Assembly: GCA_965261975.1 (NCBI GenBank)
Contig: CBDHEC010000051.1
Coordinates: 128,001 to 192,000 of the forward strand
Source: Alphaproteobacteria bacterium
GTDB taxonomy: Bacteria; Pseudomonadota; Alphaproteobacteria; UBA6615
DNA: 64,000 nt
Reading direction: 5' to 3'
The position numbers and the translations under genes were made by a program. Below are positions 29,160 to 38,012 of this stretch, one piece after another. Within the stretch, counting starts at the first letter, position 1. Each line of letters opens with the position of its first letter. The notes beneath the pieces are model-generated. The model ran no database searches and was not told the DNA's origin. It saw only the letters and a program-made list of their open reading frames with translations.

Positions 29160-30425
29160 ATGCGCATGTCTCGAACCCGATACATTCTTGCCATGGTACC
29201 CGGGCTCGGCCTGGCGTTTATCCTGAGCCAGTTCCTGCGTTCGATCCCGGCGGTCATCGCACCCGATCTCCGTATGGAGCTGGAACTAACCGCCGGCCAA
29301 CTCAGCGCATTGCCATCGGCACTATTTTTCGGATCAGCCATCATGCAACTGCCCGCGGGTGTTCTGCTCGACCGGTTCGGGCCTCGCATCACGGTTGCGG
29401 CATTTCTTCTGATTACAGCCACAGGGGTTTTTGGCTTCTCCGTCGCCACGACGACCATCGGACTGACGGCATGGCTTCTCGTGACCGGATGGGGCATCGC
29501 GCCGGTTTTCATGGGCACCATCGTCCTTCTGTCACGCTGGGTACGCCGGGACCGGCTGGCGACCATGACGGCTCTGACCGTTGGTGTCGGGGGAACCGGC
29601 ATGCTCTTGTCCGCATCGCCTTTCGCCGCCGCGACCGAAGCCTTCGGCTGGCGCGATACGTTGACTGCGGTCAGCGTCTTCGCGGTCGCGCTGTTTGGCG
29701 TGATACTCCTGACCGTCCGTGACCGACCGCCGGACAGCCCGGCGCCACCTGGCCCCAGTGAAAGCCTGATCCAGGTCGTCAGCGGTCTGGCGGTGGTGTT
29801 CCGGGAGCCCAAGCTCTATGCGATCGGCTGCATCGGTGGCATTACCGTGGGGTCCTTCCTGACCTTCCGCACACTTTGGGTCGGCCCCTACCTCAACGAC
29901 GTCTTCGGGTCCGACCTGATCGCCCGCGGCAACATCATCTTTCTGATTTCTCTCGCCTGGCTCATCAGCGCGGTCGCGATAGGCCCCCTCGACCGGGTTT
30001 TCGACACGCGACGCATGGTCGTCGCCGTTGGCGCCACTTTCATGGCGATCTGGTTTGCGTTGCTGGCGTTGGCCGACGACAGCTCACTGCCGTTTACCGT
30101 GGGTGCGATGGTGGCGCTCGGGCTTTGTTCCGGTCTGTCGTCGCCAATTTTTGCCCATGCCCGCGCACTGTTTTCCGATCGCTATGTCGGTCGCCTGGTT
30201 ACCGCGATCAATCTGTTCATCTGGGGTGGTGTCTTTCTCGTCCAGGTCGCGACGGGGCTCTTCATCGACGCGTTTCCGGCTGATGCCTTGGGCCGCACGC
30301 CGGTCGAGGCCTATCGCTGGAACTTCGCCATTCTCGCGACACTCCTTCTGACGGCCGTGTTCTTCTACCTGCGCGTAGACGACGTGCCGCCGTCGCGGGA
30401 TTCGGACGACCGGGAAACGCGTTAG
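29160..30425 (+). CDS. MFS transporter
   Basis: GVLLDRFGPR motif A, FGWR, about 12 TM helices. Confidence 0.9.
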   Translation: MRMSRTRYILAMVPGLGLAFILSQFLRSIPAVIAPDLRMELELTAGQLSALPSALFFGSAIMQLPAGVLLDRFGPRITVAAFLLITATGVFGFSVATTTIGLTAWLLVTGWGIAPVFMGTIVLLSRWVRRDRLATMTALTVGVGGTGMLLSASPFAAATEAFGWRDTLTAVSVFAVALFGVILLTVRDRPPDSPAPPGPSESLIQVVSGLAVVFREPKLYAIGCIGGITVGSFLTFRTLWVGPYLNDVFGSDLIARGNIIFLISLAWLISAVAIGPLDRVFDTRRMVVAVGATFMAIWFALLALADDSSLPFTVGAMVALGLCSGLSSPIFAHARALFSDRYVGRLVTAINLFIWGGVFLVQVATGLFIDAFPADALGRTPVEAYRWNFAILATLLLTAVFFYLRVDDVPPSRDSDDRETR

Positions 30426-30799
30426 TCCGCGCCTGGCGAGGGGTAAAAGCGGCCCCAAATTTTCAAAATGAAATGAGCCACGATCAATCCCAGAATGACG
30501 CCTGCCGTATTTGACAGGGCATCGGCCAGGCTACCGTTACGCCCCGCCCAGCTCGCCTGCGCAATTTCCAGGAAAATACCAATACCGATGGCCGCGAGCC
30601 TCGCGCGTACTCGCCCGGACCAACTGGCGAAGCCCAACCCGGCGCAACCGGCAATGACGCCGTAAGCCAGGAGATGAAGGGCCTTGTCCGTGCCTTCGGG
30701 TGTATCCATCTGTGGTTGAGGGATTAACGACAGCACGATCACCAGAAGGATGAATGCGAGATATCCCAGGATGAAGACCCGGTGGGGCAAGCGAATCAC
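30422..30799 (-). CDS. VanZ family membrane protein
   Basis: DKALHLLAY, LEIAQ..GRNGSLADALSNTAG; probable GTG start at 30799 (the longer ORF prefix overlaps the next gene). Confidence 0.8.
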   Translation of the reverse strand: MIRLPHRVFILGYLAFILLVIVLSLIPQPQMDTPEGTDKALHLLAYGVIAGCAGLGFASWSGRVRARLAAIGIGIFLEIAQASWAGRNGSLADALSNTAGVILGLIVAHFILKIWGRFYPSPGAD

Positions 30800-30803
30800 A
30801 GTT

Positions 30804-31196
30804 TCAAACGCCCTGGTTCTGCGTCTTTTCGATGTACAGATCATCGAGGCTGCGGAACTCGCACGAACCCTTGTTGATGATCCGGGACAGGCCCAACTCG
30901 ACCGTCTCGACATAACGCGAGCCATCTGCGTTCGCGTCAAAAATCCCCACACCGCCAAATGTAATCCTGACTTGGTCGTCGGCTCGCTCGACAGACGGGA
31001 GATCATAAACCGAGCAAATATGCTGATCGCAGCGACGGTAGGCATCCTCGATGAAATCGATCTGGATTTGCGGGTGTTGGGGGTCGTCGGGCAGGCAAAA
31101 CCATTGCCCCGACGCATCGGAAATAGCCGGGTCGGCAGCAGCTGTCGCCACCAGACGAGCCGTTATCAGAACTGAGATTGCGAACGTGGCGCGCAT
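30804..31196 (-). CDS. Hypothetical secreted protein
   Basis: Signal-like N-terminus, 4 Cys, fills the gap upstream of the VanZ gene. Confidence 0.55.
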   Translation of the reverse strand: MRATFAISVLITARLVATAAADPAISDASGQWFCLPDDPQHPQIQIDFIEDAYRRCDQHICSVYDLPSVERADDQVRITFGGVGIFDANADGSRYVETVELGLSRIINKGSCEFRSLDDLYIEKTQNQGV

Positions 31197-31312
31197 GGCC
31201 TCTCTTAGCATATTCAACGTGAGAATCCGGGGTCTTCACGAAAGGCTCGAAAGATTGACTCCACCCCACATCTGTCGGAAGTCTCCCTCGTGAACGACTG
31301 GCGAGCCTATCC

Positions 31313-31978
31313 ATGACGAATACCCCGCAGATCGCATTGTTTCATGTCCACAAGGACGCGATGAACGCCGCCGTGGCGGCCTTCGAACGCGATTGGCCCG
31401 AGGCCCGTGTGAGCAACCTGCTCGAAGACGGTCTGTTCGAATGGGTGCGCGAAACCGGTGGGGTCGTGCCCGAGATGTATGAGGCGTTTCAAACCCTCAC
31501 TGCGTATGCAGTCGGCCGTGGCGCAGACGGCATCCTGTACTCATGCTCGGCATTTCGTGAATGCATCGATGCCTGCATCGAGAATTACGAGCTGCCCATG
31601 CTCAAGCCGAACGACGCGATGATCGAGGCGGCACTGAACAGGGGAAGCCGTATCGCGGTTCTGGCAACGGTCGGGCCCACCATTACATCCATTTCCGCCG
31701 AGATCGAAGAGATGGCACAGGCAACTGGCCGTGACGTCATCCTGTCTTCGCATATGGTCGACGGTGCCTTCGACGCCATGGCAGCCGGTGACGGCACCAC
31801 GCATGACCGTCTGGTGGCCGAAGTTGCTGCGCAAATATCCGATGCCGATGTGATCGTGCTGGCCCAGTTCACACTGGCCCGGGCTGTGCCGGCAGTTGCC
31901 GCCGTCACCAATATCCCTGTCCTGGACTCGCCCGGTGCCGCCGTAATGAAAATGCGCGAACTGCTAGGGCAGGGCTAG
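31313..31978 (+). CDS. Aspartate/glutamate/hydantoin racemase superfamily protein
   Basis: GADGILYSCSAF, VLKPND-like motif, DVIVLAQF, PVLDSP. Confidence 0.8.
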   Translation: MTNTPQIALFHVHKDAMNAAVAAFERDWPEARVSNLLEDGLFEWVRETGGVVPEMYEAFQTLTAYAVGRGADGILYSCSAFRECIDACIENYELPMLKPNDAMIEAALNRGSRIAVLATVGPTITSISAEIEEMAQATGRDVILSSHMVDGAFDAMAAGDGTTHDRLVAEVAAQISDADVIVLAQFTLARAVPAVAAVTNIPVLDSPGAAVMKMRELLGQG

Positions 31979-31982
31979 ACCC

Positions 31983-32678
31983 TCAATCCTTGGTCCTGTC
32001 GTCGCCGAGGCGAAGCGAGAAGCCACCCTCCGCCGGGACGGAGCCGCCGGGGTCTCCCGACGGATCGGCCGCCGTCTCGGGCGGTGCACCGCCAAACATG
32101 GAGCGAAGCTTGCGATAGACCGCGCGGATGGCGCGGAATATCTTCGGCAACAGCCATATCATCAGCAGAATGAACAGGCCGAGCAGGACCAGGAAAACAA
32201 TCGGATGATTGAGCGCGGCCCAGAGGCCAGCGATCACCGCGATATCCTCGAGGATCGATGCCGTCCAGTTGGTCACCGGTTCCGGCGAGGTGTTGATCGC
32301 AAGCCGGGTGCCCGCCTTTGTAAAGTGAGAGGCGCCCGCGAGCGACCCGCCGGCAATCGCCGCCGCCAGTTCCGCTCCGGCCCCCACATCACCGACCGCG
32401 CCGGCCGCGAGGATTGCACCGGCCGGTATCCGGATGAATGTTTGTATCGTGTCCCAGCCCGAATCCACGCCGGGAACCTTGTCCGCGAAGAACTCTGCCA
32501 GGAACATGATCCCGGCCGCGCCGATAACCAGCGGGTTGGACAGCACTTCCAGATCCGGCGGCAGATCCATATTGCCCGTGGCATTCATCAGGCCAAGGGT
32601 CAGGATCGCGGCATAGAGGTTGATGCCACTGGCCCAGGCCACCCCCATGGTCAACGCAATGGTTTCTACCGGCCCCAT
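31983..32678 (-). CDS. DUF4126 domain membrane protein
   Basis: WASGINLY, EFFADKVPGVDSGWD, INTSPEP..NWTASILED. Confidence 0.88.
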   Translation of the reverse strand: MGPVETIALTMGVAWASGINLYAAILTLGLMNATGNMDLPPDLEVLSNPLVIGAAGIMFLAEFFADKVPGVDSGWDTIQTFIRIPAGAILAAGAVGDVGAGAELAAAIAGGSLAGASHFTKAGTRLAINTSPEPVTNWTASILEDIAVIAGLWAALNHPIVFLVLLGLFILLMIWLLPKIFRAIRAVYRKLRSMFGGAPPETAADPSGDPGGSVPAEGGFSLRLGDDRTKD

Positions 32679-32790
32679 GGATCACTCTCGCATTCGTGAA
32701 TACCGCCCCCTGCACGTTGGGGCGCACAAGGTGTGTGTCAATGGGCCGCGAATGGCGCCCCATAAACGTCATATTCGCAAAATGCCTGAT

Positions 32791-33561
32791 TCAGGCGGTT
32801 TTCGGAAGCTTTCGAAGGCCGCTGACGAGACAGACCAGTAATGGCTTGAAGGCAAACTCGGCACGCGCCTGAGCGCCAATTGTCATCAGGCTTTCTTCCA
32901 TGACACGTCCCGGGACGCGTTGGCCAAGACCGATATCGCACAACTGGTCGAACATGCCGACGGCAATGTCCCAGTAACGATTGTCTTCGAGCGGAACGTC
33001 GGACAGGCGGGCGCAATCCACCAGCGTGACCGCGGCGGCGCTGGCCACGAATTCCGTGCTGCCACGGGCACAGGCGCGCAACAGGTAACGGAAGTCCGCA
33101 AGTCGGCTGCGTTCCATGCCGTAGTGCCGGCCGATTACCTGAAGTTCACTCGACAATCTCTTGAAATCAAGAGAACTATCGATTTCCAGAGGCATGCGCG
33201 GAAGGTCCGCAATGACCGAAGGAGGCGCACCGACATCTTCCATCTGATAGGCGAAGACCTGGTTCACGCAAATCCGGGCAAGAAGCCAGGCGCGCTCTGC
33301 GTGACGGCCATCATTCGTCCCCATGATCCGCGTCGCCAGCAGCTTGAGGCCCTGGCGGGCATCGCAATCGAGGGTGTCGTTGATCTTGATGGCGTAGGAC
33401 GCAATGACGGGGCAGGCCGTCACGGGGCGCTCCGTATGCCGTTCGCCGGCCAGAAGAGCGACCAGCGACATGACGCAAAGCTCACTTTCCCGTCGCTCGC
33501 CGACACGCGGCACGAGGTCCAACTGGCGAAATAGGGTTTCGACTTGTCTGTGACCCGGCAT
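32791..33561 (-). CDS. Hypothetical protein with CVM..AGE..ACPVI motif
   Basis: Long ORF filling the gap; start codon uncertain. Confidence 0.65.
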   Translation of the reverse strand: MPGHRQVETLFRQLDLVPRVGERRESELCVMSLVALLAGERHTERPVTACPVIASYAIKINDTLDCDARQGLKLLATRIMGTNDGRHAERAWLLARICVNQVFAYQMEDVGAPPSVIADLPRMPLEIDSSLDFKRLSSELQVIGRHYGMERSRLADFRYLLRACARGSTEFVASAAAVTLVDCARLSDVPLEDNRYWDIAVGMFDQLCDIGLGQRVPGRVMEESLMTIGAQARAEFAFKPLLVCLVSGLRKLPKTA

Positions 33562-33656
33562 AATGAAAACCGTACTCCAAGAATCGAATATCGTCCATCG
33601 GGGTCGTATCACGAGTTCTTGCACACTGCCCCGTTAGCGGGACGAGGAGCCAGGAA

Positions 33657-34508
33657 ATGTCGGAAATTGAGCGCGGCACCGTTAAGGCGAACGGTGTGAC
33701 ATTGCATTATCGGGCCAGCGGAGAGGGGGCACCGATGGTTTTGCTGCATGGTTGGCCCCAAACCTCGTATTCCTGGCGCAAGATGCTCCCGCGCCTGGCA
33801 CCGCATTACCGATGCATCGCCCCGGATTTGCGGGGATTTGGCGATTCCGACAAGCCGGTTGGCGGTTACGACATGCGCACGGTCGCAAACGATATCCACG
33901 CCCTGTGCGAGGCGCTCGAACTGGAGAATGTGTACCTCGTCGGGGCCGACTGGGGTGGGTTGGTCGCGCGGCGTTTCGCGCTCGACCGGCCGGGCGTACT
34001 CGACCGGCTTTGCATCGTCGATATCGTGCCGCATGACCAGATATTCGCGAATTTCACGCCCGCCTACGCGCGCGGCGCCTGGCATTACTTTTTCAACGCC
34101 GTGCCCGACATGCCCGAGCAACTCGTTGCCCACGACATCAAACTGTTCCTGCAAGCGATGTTCCGGCCGAAATATCACAATTCAGAACATATGGATGAGG
34201 CGATCGACGAGTATGTCCGGGCCTATTCCAAGCCCGGCGCGTTACGCGGCGGTTTCGCCTACTACAAGGCCATGTTCGACGAGAACCCGGCACTCGATGC
34301 GGAACAACCTGACGCTCAGATCGTCGAGCCGCTGCATTGCGTTTGGGGTAACAGCGGCGGCATGGGTGGCCCCTTCGACGTGCTCAAGATGTGGGAAGGC
34401 GTCGCACCAAAGCTGACGGGCCGGGGACTCGACGCATGTGGGCATTATGTCCACGAAGAGCAGCCGGATGCTCTTGCCGAGGAGATTATTGCCTTCGGCA
34501 AGGTTTGA
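33657..34508 (+). CDS. Alpha/beta hydrolase (epoxide hydrolase / haloacetate dehalogenase-like)
   Basis: HGWP, PDLRGFGDS, GADWGG (Asp nucleophile), CGHYVHEEQP. Confidence 0.9.
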   Translation: MSEIERGTVKANGVTLHYRASGEGAPMVLLHGWPQTSYSWRKMLPRLAPHYRCIAPDLRGFGDSDKPVGGYDMRTVANDIHALCEALELENVYLVGADWGGLVARRFALDRPGVLDRLCIVDIVPHDQIFANFTPAYARGAWHYFFNAVPDMPEQLVAHDIKLFLQAMFRPKYHNSEHMDEAIDEYVRAYSKPGALRGGFAYYKAMFDENPALDAEQPDAQIVEPLHCVWGNSGGMGGPFDVLKMWEGVAPKLTGRGLDACGHYVHEEQPDALAEEIIAFGKV

Positions 34509-34538
34509 CCGGCCGTGTAGCCAAGGAGCCCGTTACAC

Positions 34539-34898
34539 ATGAGCGACAGCATCATTGAGGATTTGTCGCCCGGCGAACTGGCAACCGTCGTCGAATTGCA
34601 ACGGGTCGAGCTTGATCGCCTGTTGTCGGAACAAAAGCGCCTGAACGACCGGATAGACTTGCTGCTACAGCTTCAGGAGCGCGAACAGGTGCTGCGTCAA
34701 CAGATGCAGGCGTCGCTCGAACAACTCGTGGCTCAACGTGGGGCCCCGCAGGCATCAACGTCGCTAGACATGCCGGACGAAGTGCCTCTGCTGAGTGACC
34801 GGCTGGACCGGGCGGAACGAAGGTTTCGTGCGCTCCGCACGGCGGTGGGACAGCTTGTCGTCGCGCTCGAGCGACAGATTACGGGGCAGAGAGCCTAA
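34539..34898 (+). CDS. Hypothetical coiled-coil protein
   Basis: AAGGAG RBS; heptad-rich L/E/Q/R composition. Confidence 0.6.
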   Translation: MSDSIIEDLSPGELATVVELQRVELDRLLSEQKRLNDRIDLLLQLQEREQVLRQQMQASLEQLVAQRGAPQASTSLDMPDEVPLLSDRLDRAERRFRALRTAVGQLVVALERQITGQRA

Positions 34899-34918
34899 AC
34901 GGGCGGACATCGACCCGG

Positions 34919-35782
34919 CTAGTGCGCCATCAGCACCGGTATCTCGGCGTTCGCGAGGATCTGGCTGGTCGCACCCCCGAAGATCATCTGCCGCAGACGG
35001 CTCTGGGTGTAGCCACCCTTGATGAGCATGTCGCCGCCGACCTCCATGGTCTCCTTCAGGATAATGTCACCCGCATCCGCCGCAGAGCGCCGCCCGGGAA
35101 TTTCGCGCACGTCCACGGCGACGTCGTCCCGCTGCAGATTGACCTTCACGTCTTCCGCGCTGGGGCCCGGTACCATGCCGCCTTCGACGGCCAGCACAGT
35201 GATCCGGTCCGCTTCGCGCAACACTGGCTTGGCGAATGCAATCGCGCGGGCAGTCTCCGTACCGCCGTTCCAGGCGATCACCACATGGCGACCGATGTCC
35301 TGAGGGATCGTCGGCGGCGCGATCAGTACCGGACGGCCGGATTCAAACAGTACCGTCTCCAACGTGTTCATCGCCGGTGTCATGGCGCCCGGCATCGGTC
35401 GACCGACGACGGTCAGATCGAAAACCCGGGCGCGCTGCCCGAAGATACCGATCCCTGAAGCCTCGTCCTCGACCCATCTGGCACACAGCTTGGTCGAGTT
35501 TCCCTGCGCTTCGGGAATATTGTTCTGGGCAACGAATTCCTGGAACTGCGCCTGCAGACGATCCGCGCGCATGCGCTGTTCCTGCTCGAATTGTTCCTCC
35601 GTCCCCGACAGGGCCGCCGCACCGCCTTCAAACCCGACGGCGACGGCGCCGGCCAGGGTCGGACGGATACACAGGCCCTCGATATAGCTGTCGTAGCGCT
35701 TCGCAAAAACGAGCGCCGTCGCCAGGACCGATTCCAATATCTCGCTCTCTTCAAGCGGAACCAAGATTGAGCTAAACGCCAT
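34919..35782 (-). CDS. Universal stress protein (tandem USP domains)
   Basis: ILVP, SGRPVLIAP, IAWNGGTETARA, GGYTQSRLRQMIFGGATSQIL. Confidence 0.92.
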   Translation of the reverse strand: MAFSSILVPLEESEILESVLATALVFAKRYDSYIEGLCIRPTLAGAVAVGFEGGAAALSGTEEQFEQEQRMRADRLQAQFQEFVAQNNIPEAQGNSTKLCARWVEDEASGIGIFGQRARVFDLTVVGRPMPGAMTPAMNTLETVLFESGRPVLIAPPTIPQDIGRHVVIAWNGGTETARAIAFAKPVLREADRITVLAVEGGMVPGPSAEDVKVNLQRDDVAVDVREIPGRRSAADAGDIILKETMEVGGDMLIKGGYTQSRLRQMIFGGATSQILANAEIPVLMAH

Positions 35783-35918
35783 AAGTGCCTCCCAACGCGT
35801 ATGGCTTTTTCTTGATAATGCGCCTAGTCGACGCTTTCGGGCAACCCGGCAAGAATTCCTTGCGCCTATGGTTGCCACGCCGGTGGCGTTCGGGTAAGAA
35901 ATCGCGCTTCCGAACGGA

Positions 35919-36005
35919 GCGGCAGTGGCGGAATTGGTAGACGCGCAACGTTGAGGGCGTTGTGGGCGCAAGCCCGTGGAGGTTCAAGTCCTCTCTGCCG
36001 CACCA
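35919..36005 (+). tRNA. tRNA-Leu (GAG)
   Basis: GCGGCAG acceptor, CAACG-TTGAGGG-CGTTG, long variable arm, CCA. Confidence 0.96.
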
Positions 36006-36031
36006 TCATTCGGGAACAGACATCGGGTCAC

Positions 36032-36118
36032 GCGGCAGTGGCGGAATTGGTAGACGCGCTAGCTTCAGGTGCTAGTGATCGCAAGGTCGTGGAGGTTCAA
36101 GTCCTCTCTGCCGCACCA
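36032..36118 (+). tRNA. tRNA-Leu (CAG)
   Basis: GCGGCAG acceptor, CTAGC-TTCAGGT-GCTAG, long variable arm, CCA. Confidence 0.96.
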
Positions 36119-36135
36119 CCCGAAAGCCTCACCGA

Positions 36136-36165
36136 AAAGGGCGTCTCCAACCGGAGACGCCCTTT
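36136..36165. terminator. Bidirectional intrinsic terminator
   Basis: AAAGGGCGTCTCC-AACC-GGAGACGCCCTTT between the tRNAs and the convergent RTX gene. Confidence 0.85.
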
Positions 36166-36190
36166 CTGCTTTTCCAGCCCCCATGGATTT

Positions 36191-37816
36191 TCACCATTCG
36201 ATGCGATCGAGCCCATCGAAATTGATGACGCTGCCGTCATCCATGGTGACGGTTCCGGAGGCATCTTCCGTCAAAGTAAGAAAGTCGCTGCCGGTCGCCT
36301 CGATCGCTGAACCGCTATCGAGCGAGATGGTCCAGTCGCCGCCATCCGGCGCGCCGTCGACCACGTTGCTGAGGTCCATCGTGTCCGTCCAGCCATTGCC
36401 ACCGTGGACAGCTGTATCACCGCCGGATTCCAGCACAAACAGATCGTCTCCCGAACCACCATAGAGTTGATCATCACCGTTCCCGCCGGTGATCGTATCG
36501 TTTCCGCTGCCACCGCGAACCGTGTCATCACCCGCACCGCTGTTCAATCGGTCATCACCGGCACCGCCGTTAAGGTGATCGTCACCGGCGCCGCCGTCGA
36601 GACGGTCATCACCAGTGCCACCATTAAGGCGATCATCTCCCTGGCCACCGATCAGTCGATCGTCACCGGCACCGCCGTCAAGACGGTCGTCACCAGCGCC
36701 ACCATTGAGGCGATCATCTCCGCGACCACCGATCAGTCGATCGTCACCGGCACCGCCGTCGAGACGGTCGTCACCAGCGCCACCATTGAGGCGATCATCT
36801 CCGCGACCACCGATTAGTCGATCGTCACCGGCACCGCCGTCGAGACGATCGTCACCGGCACCGCCGTTGAGGCGATCGGCGCCAGCGCCGCCGTCGAGAC
36901 GGTCGTCACCAGCGCCGCCGTCGAGACGGTCGTCACCAGCGCCACCATTGAGGCGATCAACTCCGCGGCCACCGATCAGTCGGTCGTCACCGGCACCGCC
37001 GTTAAGTCGATCATCCCCGCGACCACCGTTAAGGCGATCAGCACCAACGCCGCCGTCGAGACGGTCGTCACCAGCGCCACCATTGAGCCGATCATCTCCG
37101 CGGCCACCGATCAGTCGATCATCGCCGCCACGCCCGCTCAGGCGATCATCACCATCTCCGCCGATGAGACGGTCATCTCCACGCCCGCCAACACGATTTA
37201 CTGACGGGGCTTCAGGAGAATTTTCCGTTTCCGTATTTGCTGTTTCTGAAGCGACCGCGTCAGTTTCGTCGAACGGAACCTCCATCTGTGATTCGGCAGC
37301 TTGCCGGGGAGGTATGACGGCATCGGCCGCGGCACTTGCCGGTGAAAACGCCGGCGGCACCACATTCTGATGCGGCTGTTCTTCTGCTTCATTCACCTGG
37401 GGCGCGGGAGCCTCGTTTACCGATTCAGCGGACCGAGCGTCGATGTTACCCGCGGGATTATCCGGGGTGGAAATGTACGCTTCCGGCGCGACGGACCTAC
37501 TTTCGTGCGCCTAGATCGCCTCGCTTTCCACGCCTCGATGCTCGGCAGATTCGGCTTCCTCTGAAGTCAGGCTATCGACGGATGAACTGTCGTCGGGCTG
37601 GGTATTTGATACCAAAACACGATCCCCGTGAGGCTCTTGCCCGTGGGTGCCGGTATGCAAATTGGGATTGGTCGTGTCGACGGGTGGACGCGCCTCATTC
37701 GCGTTTCCTATCCCTGCATCCCGCGCCTGGGGACTGCGGTATTTCTCTCCGTCACCGAAGTCATGATCGCCATCGAGGGGCTCGGAAAGCCCATTTACGT
37801 TTGCTTCATCAGCCAT
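36191..37816 (-). CDS. RTX Ca2+-binding protein, probable T1SS substrate; in-frame TAG at 37511-37513
   Basis: GGAGGG RBS and ATG at 37816; ORFs 37511..37858 and 36191..37396 share a frame, with open codons between them; GGxGDDxLx repeats; acidic C-terminal domain ending DRIEW. Confidence 0.8.
36434..37189 (-). repeat. 28 tandem 27-bp RTX nonapeptide repeats
   Basis: GGxGDDRL(I/N/D) counted in the translation; partial 81-bp higher-order period. Confidence 0.92.
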
Positions 37817-38012
37817 CCTGGCCCTCCAGCGTTTCTTACTCGGATCAGCGTGGCGCACAGCCTAGGCGGAGAGCGTTTACAGAAGGTTTCGGATCACACA
37901 CCCGTGTATGTCCGTTAATTATTGATCAACCATATCGCTCGATGATCACACGAAGTTTGACGAGAAGCTCTCATGGGTGGGGTTCAAGTCGACACCTGTG
38001 CTGGGAGCGGAC

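Noticed and set aside
36434-37189. 27-bp periodic repeats as a possible CRISPR array
   Set aside because: No unique spacers; they are in-frame RTX codons and no cas genes are present.
36615-37370. Ser/Pro/Arg-rich 251-aa ORF
   Set aside because: Antisense translation of the RTX repeats.
37511-37513. Pyrrolysine decoding of the RTX TAG
   Set aside because: No pyl genes in the window; TAG is used as a normal stop by many genes here; the site is in a disordered region.
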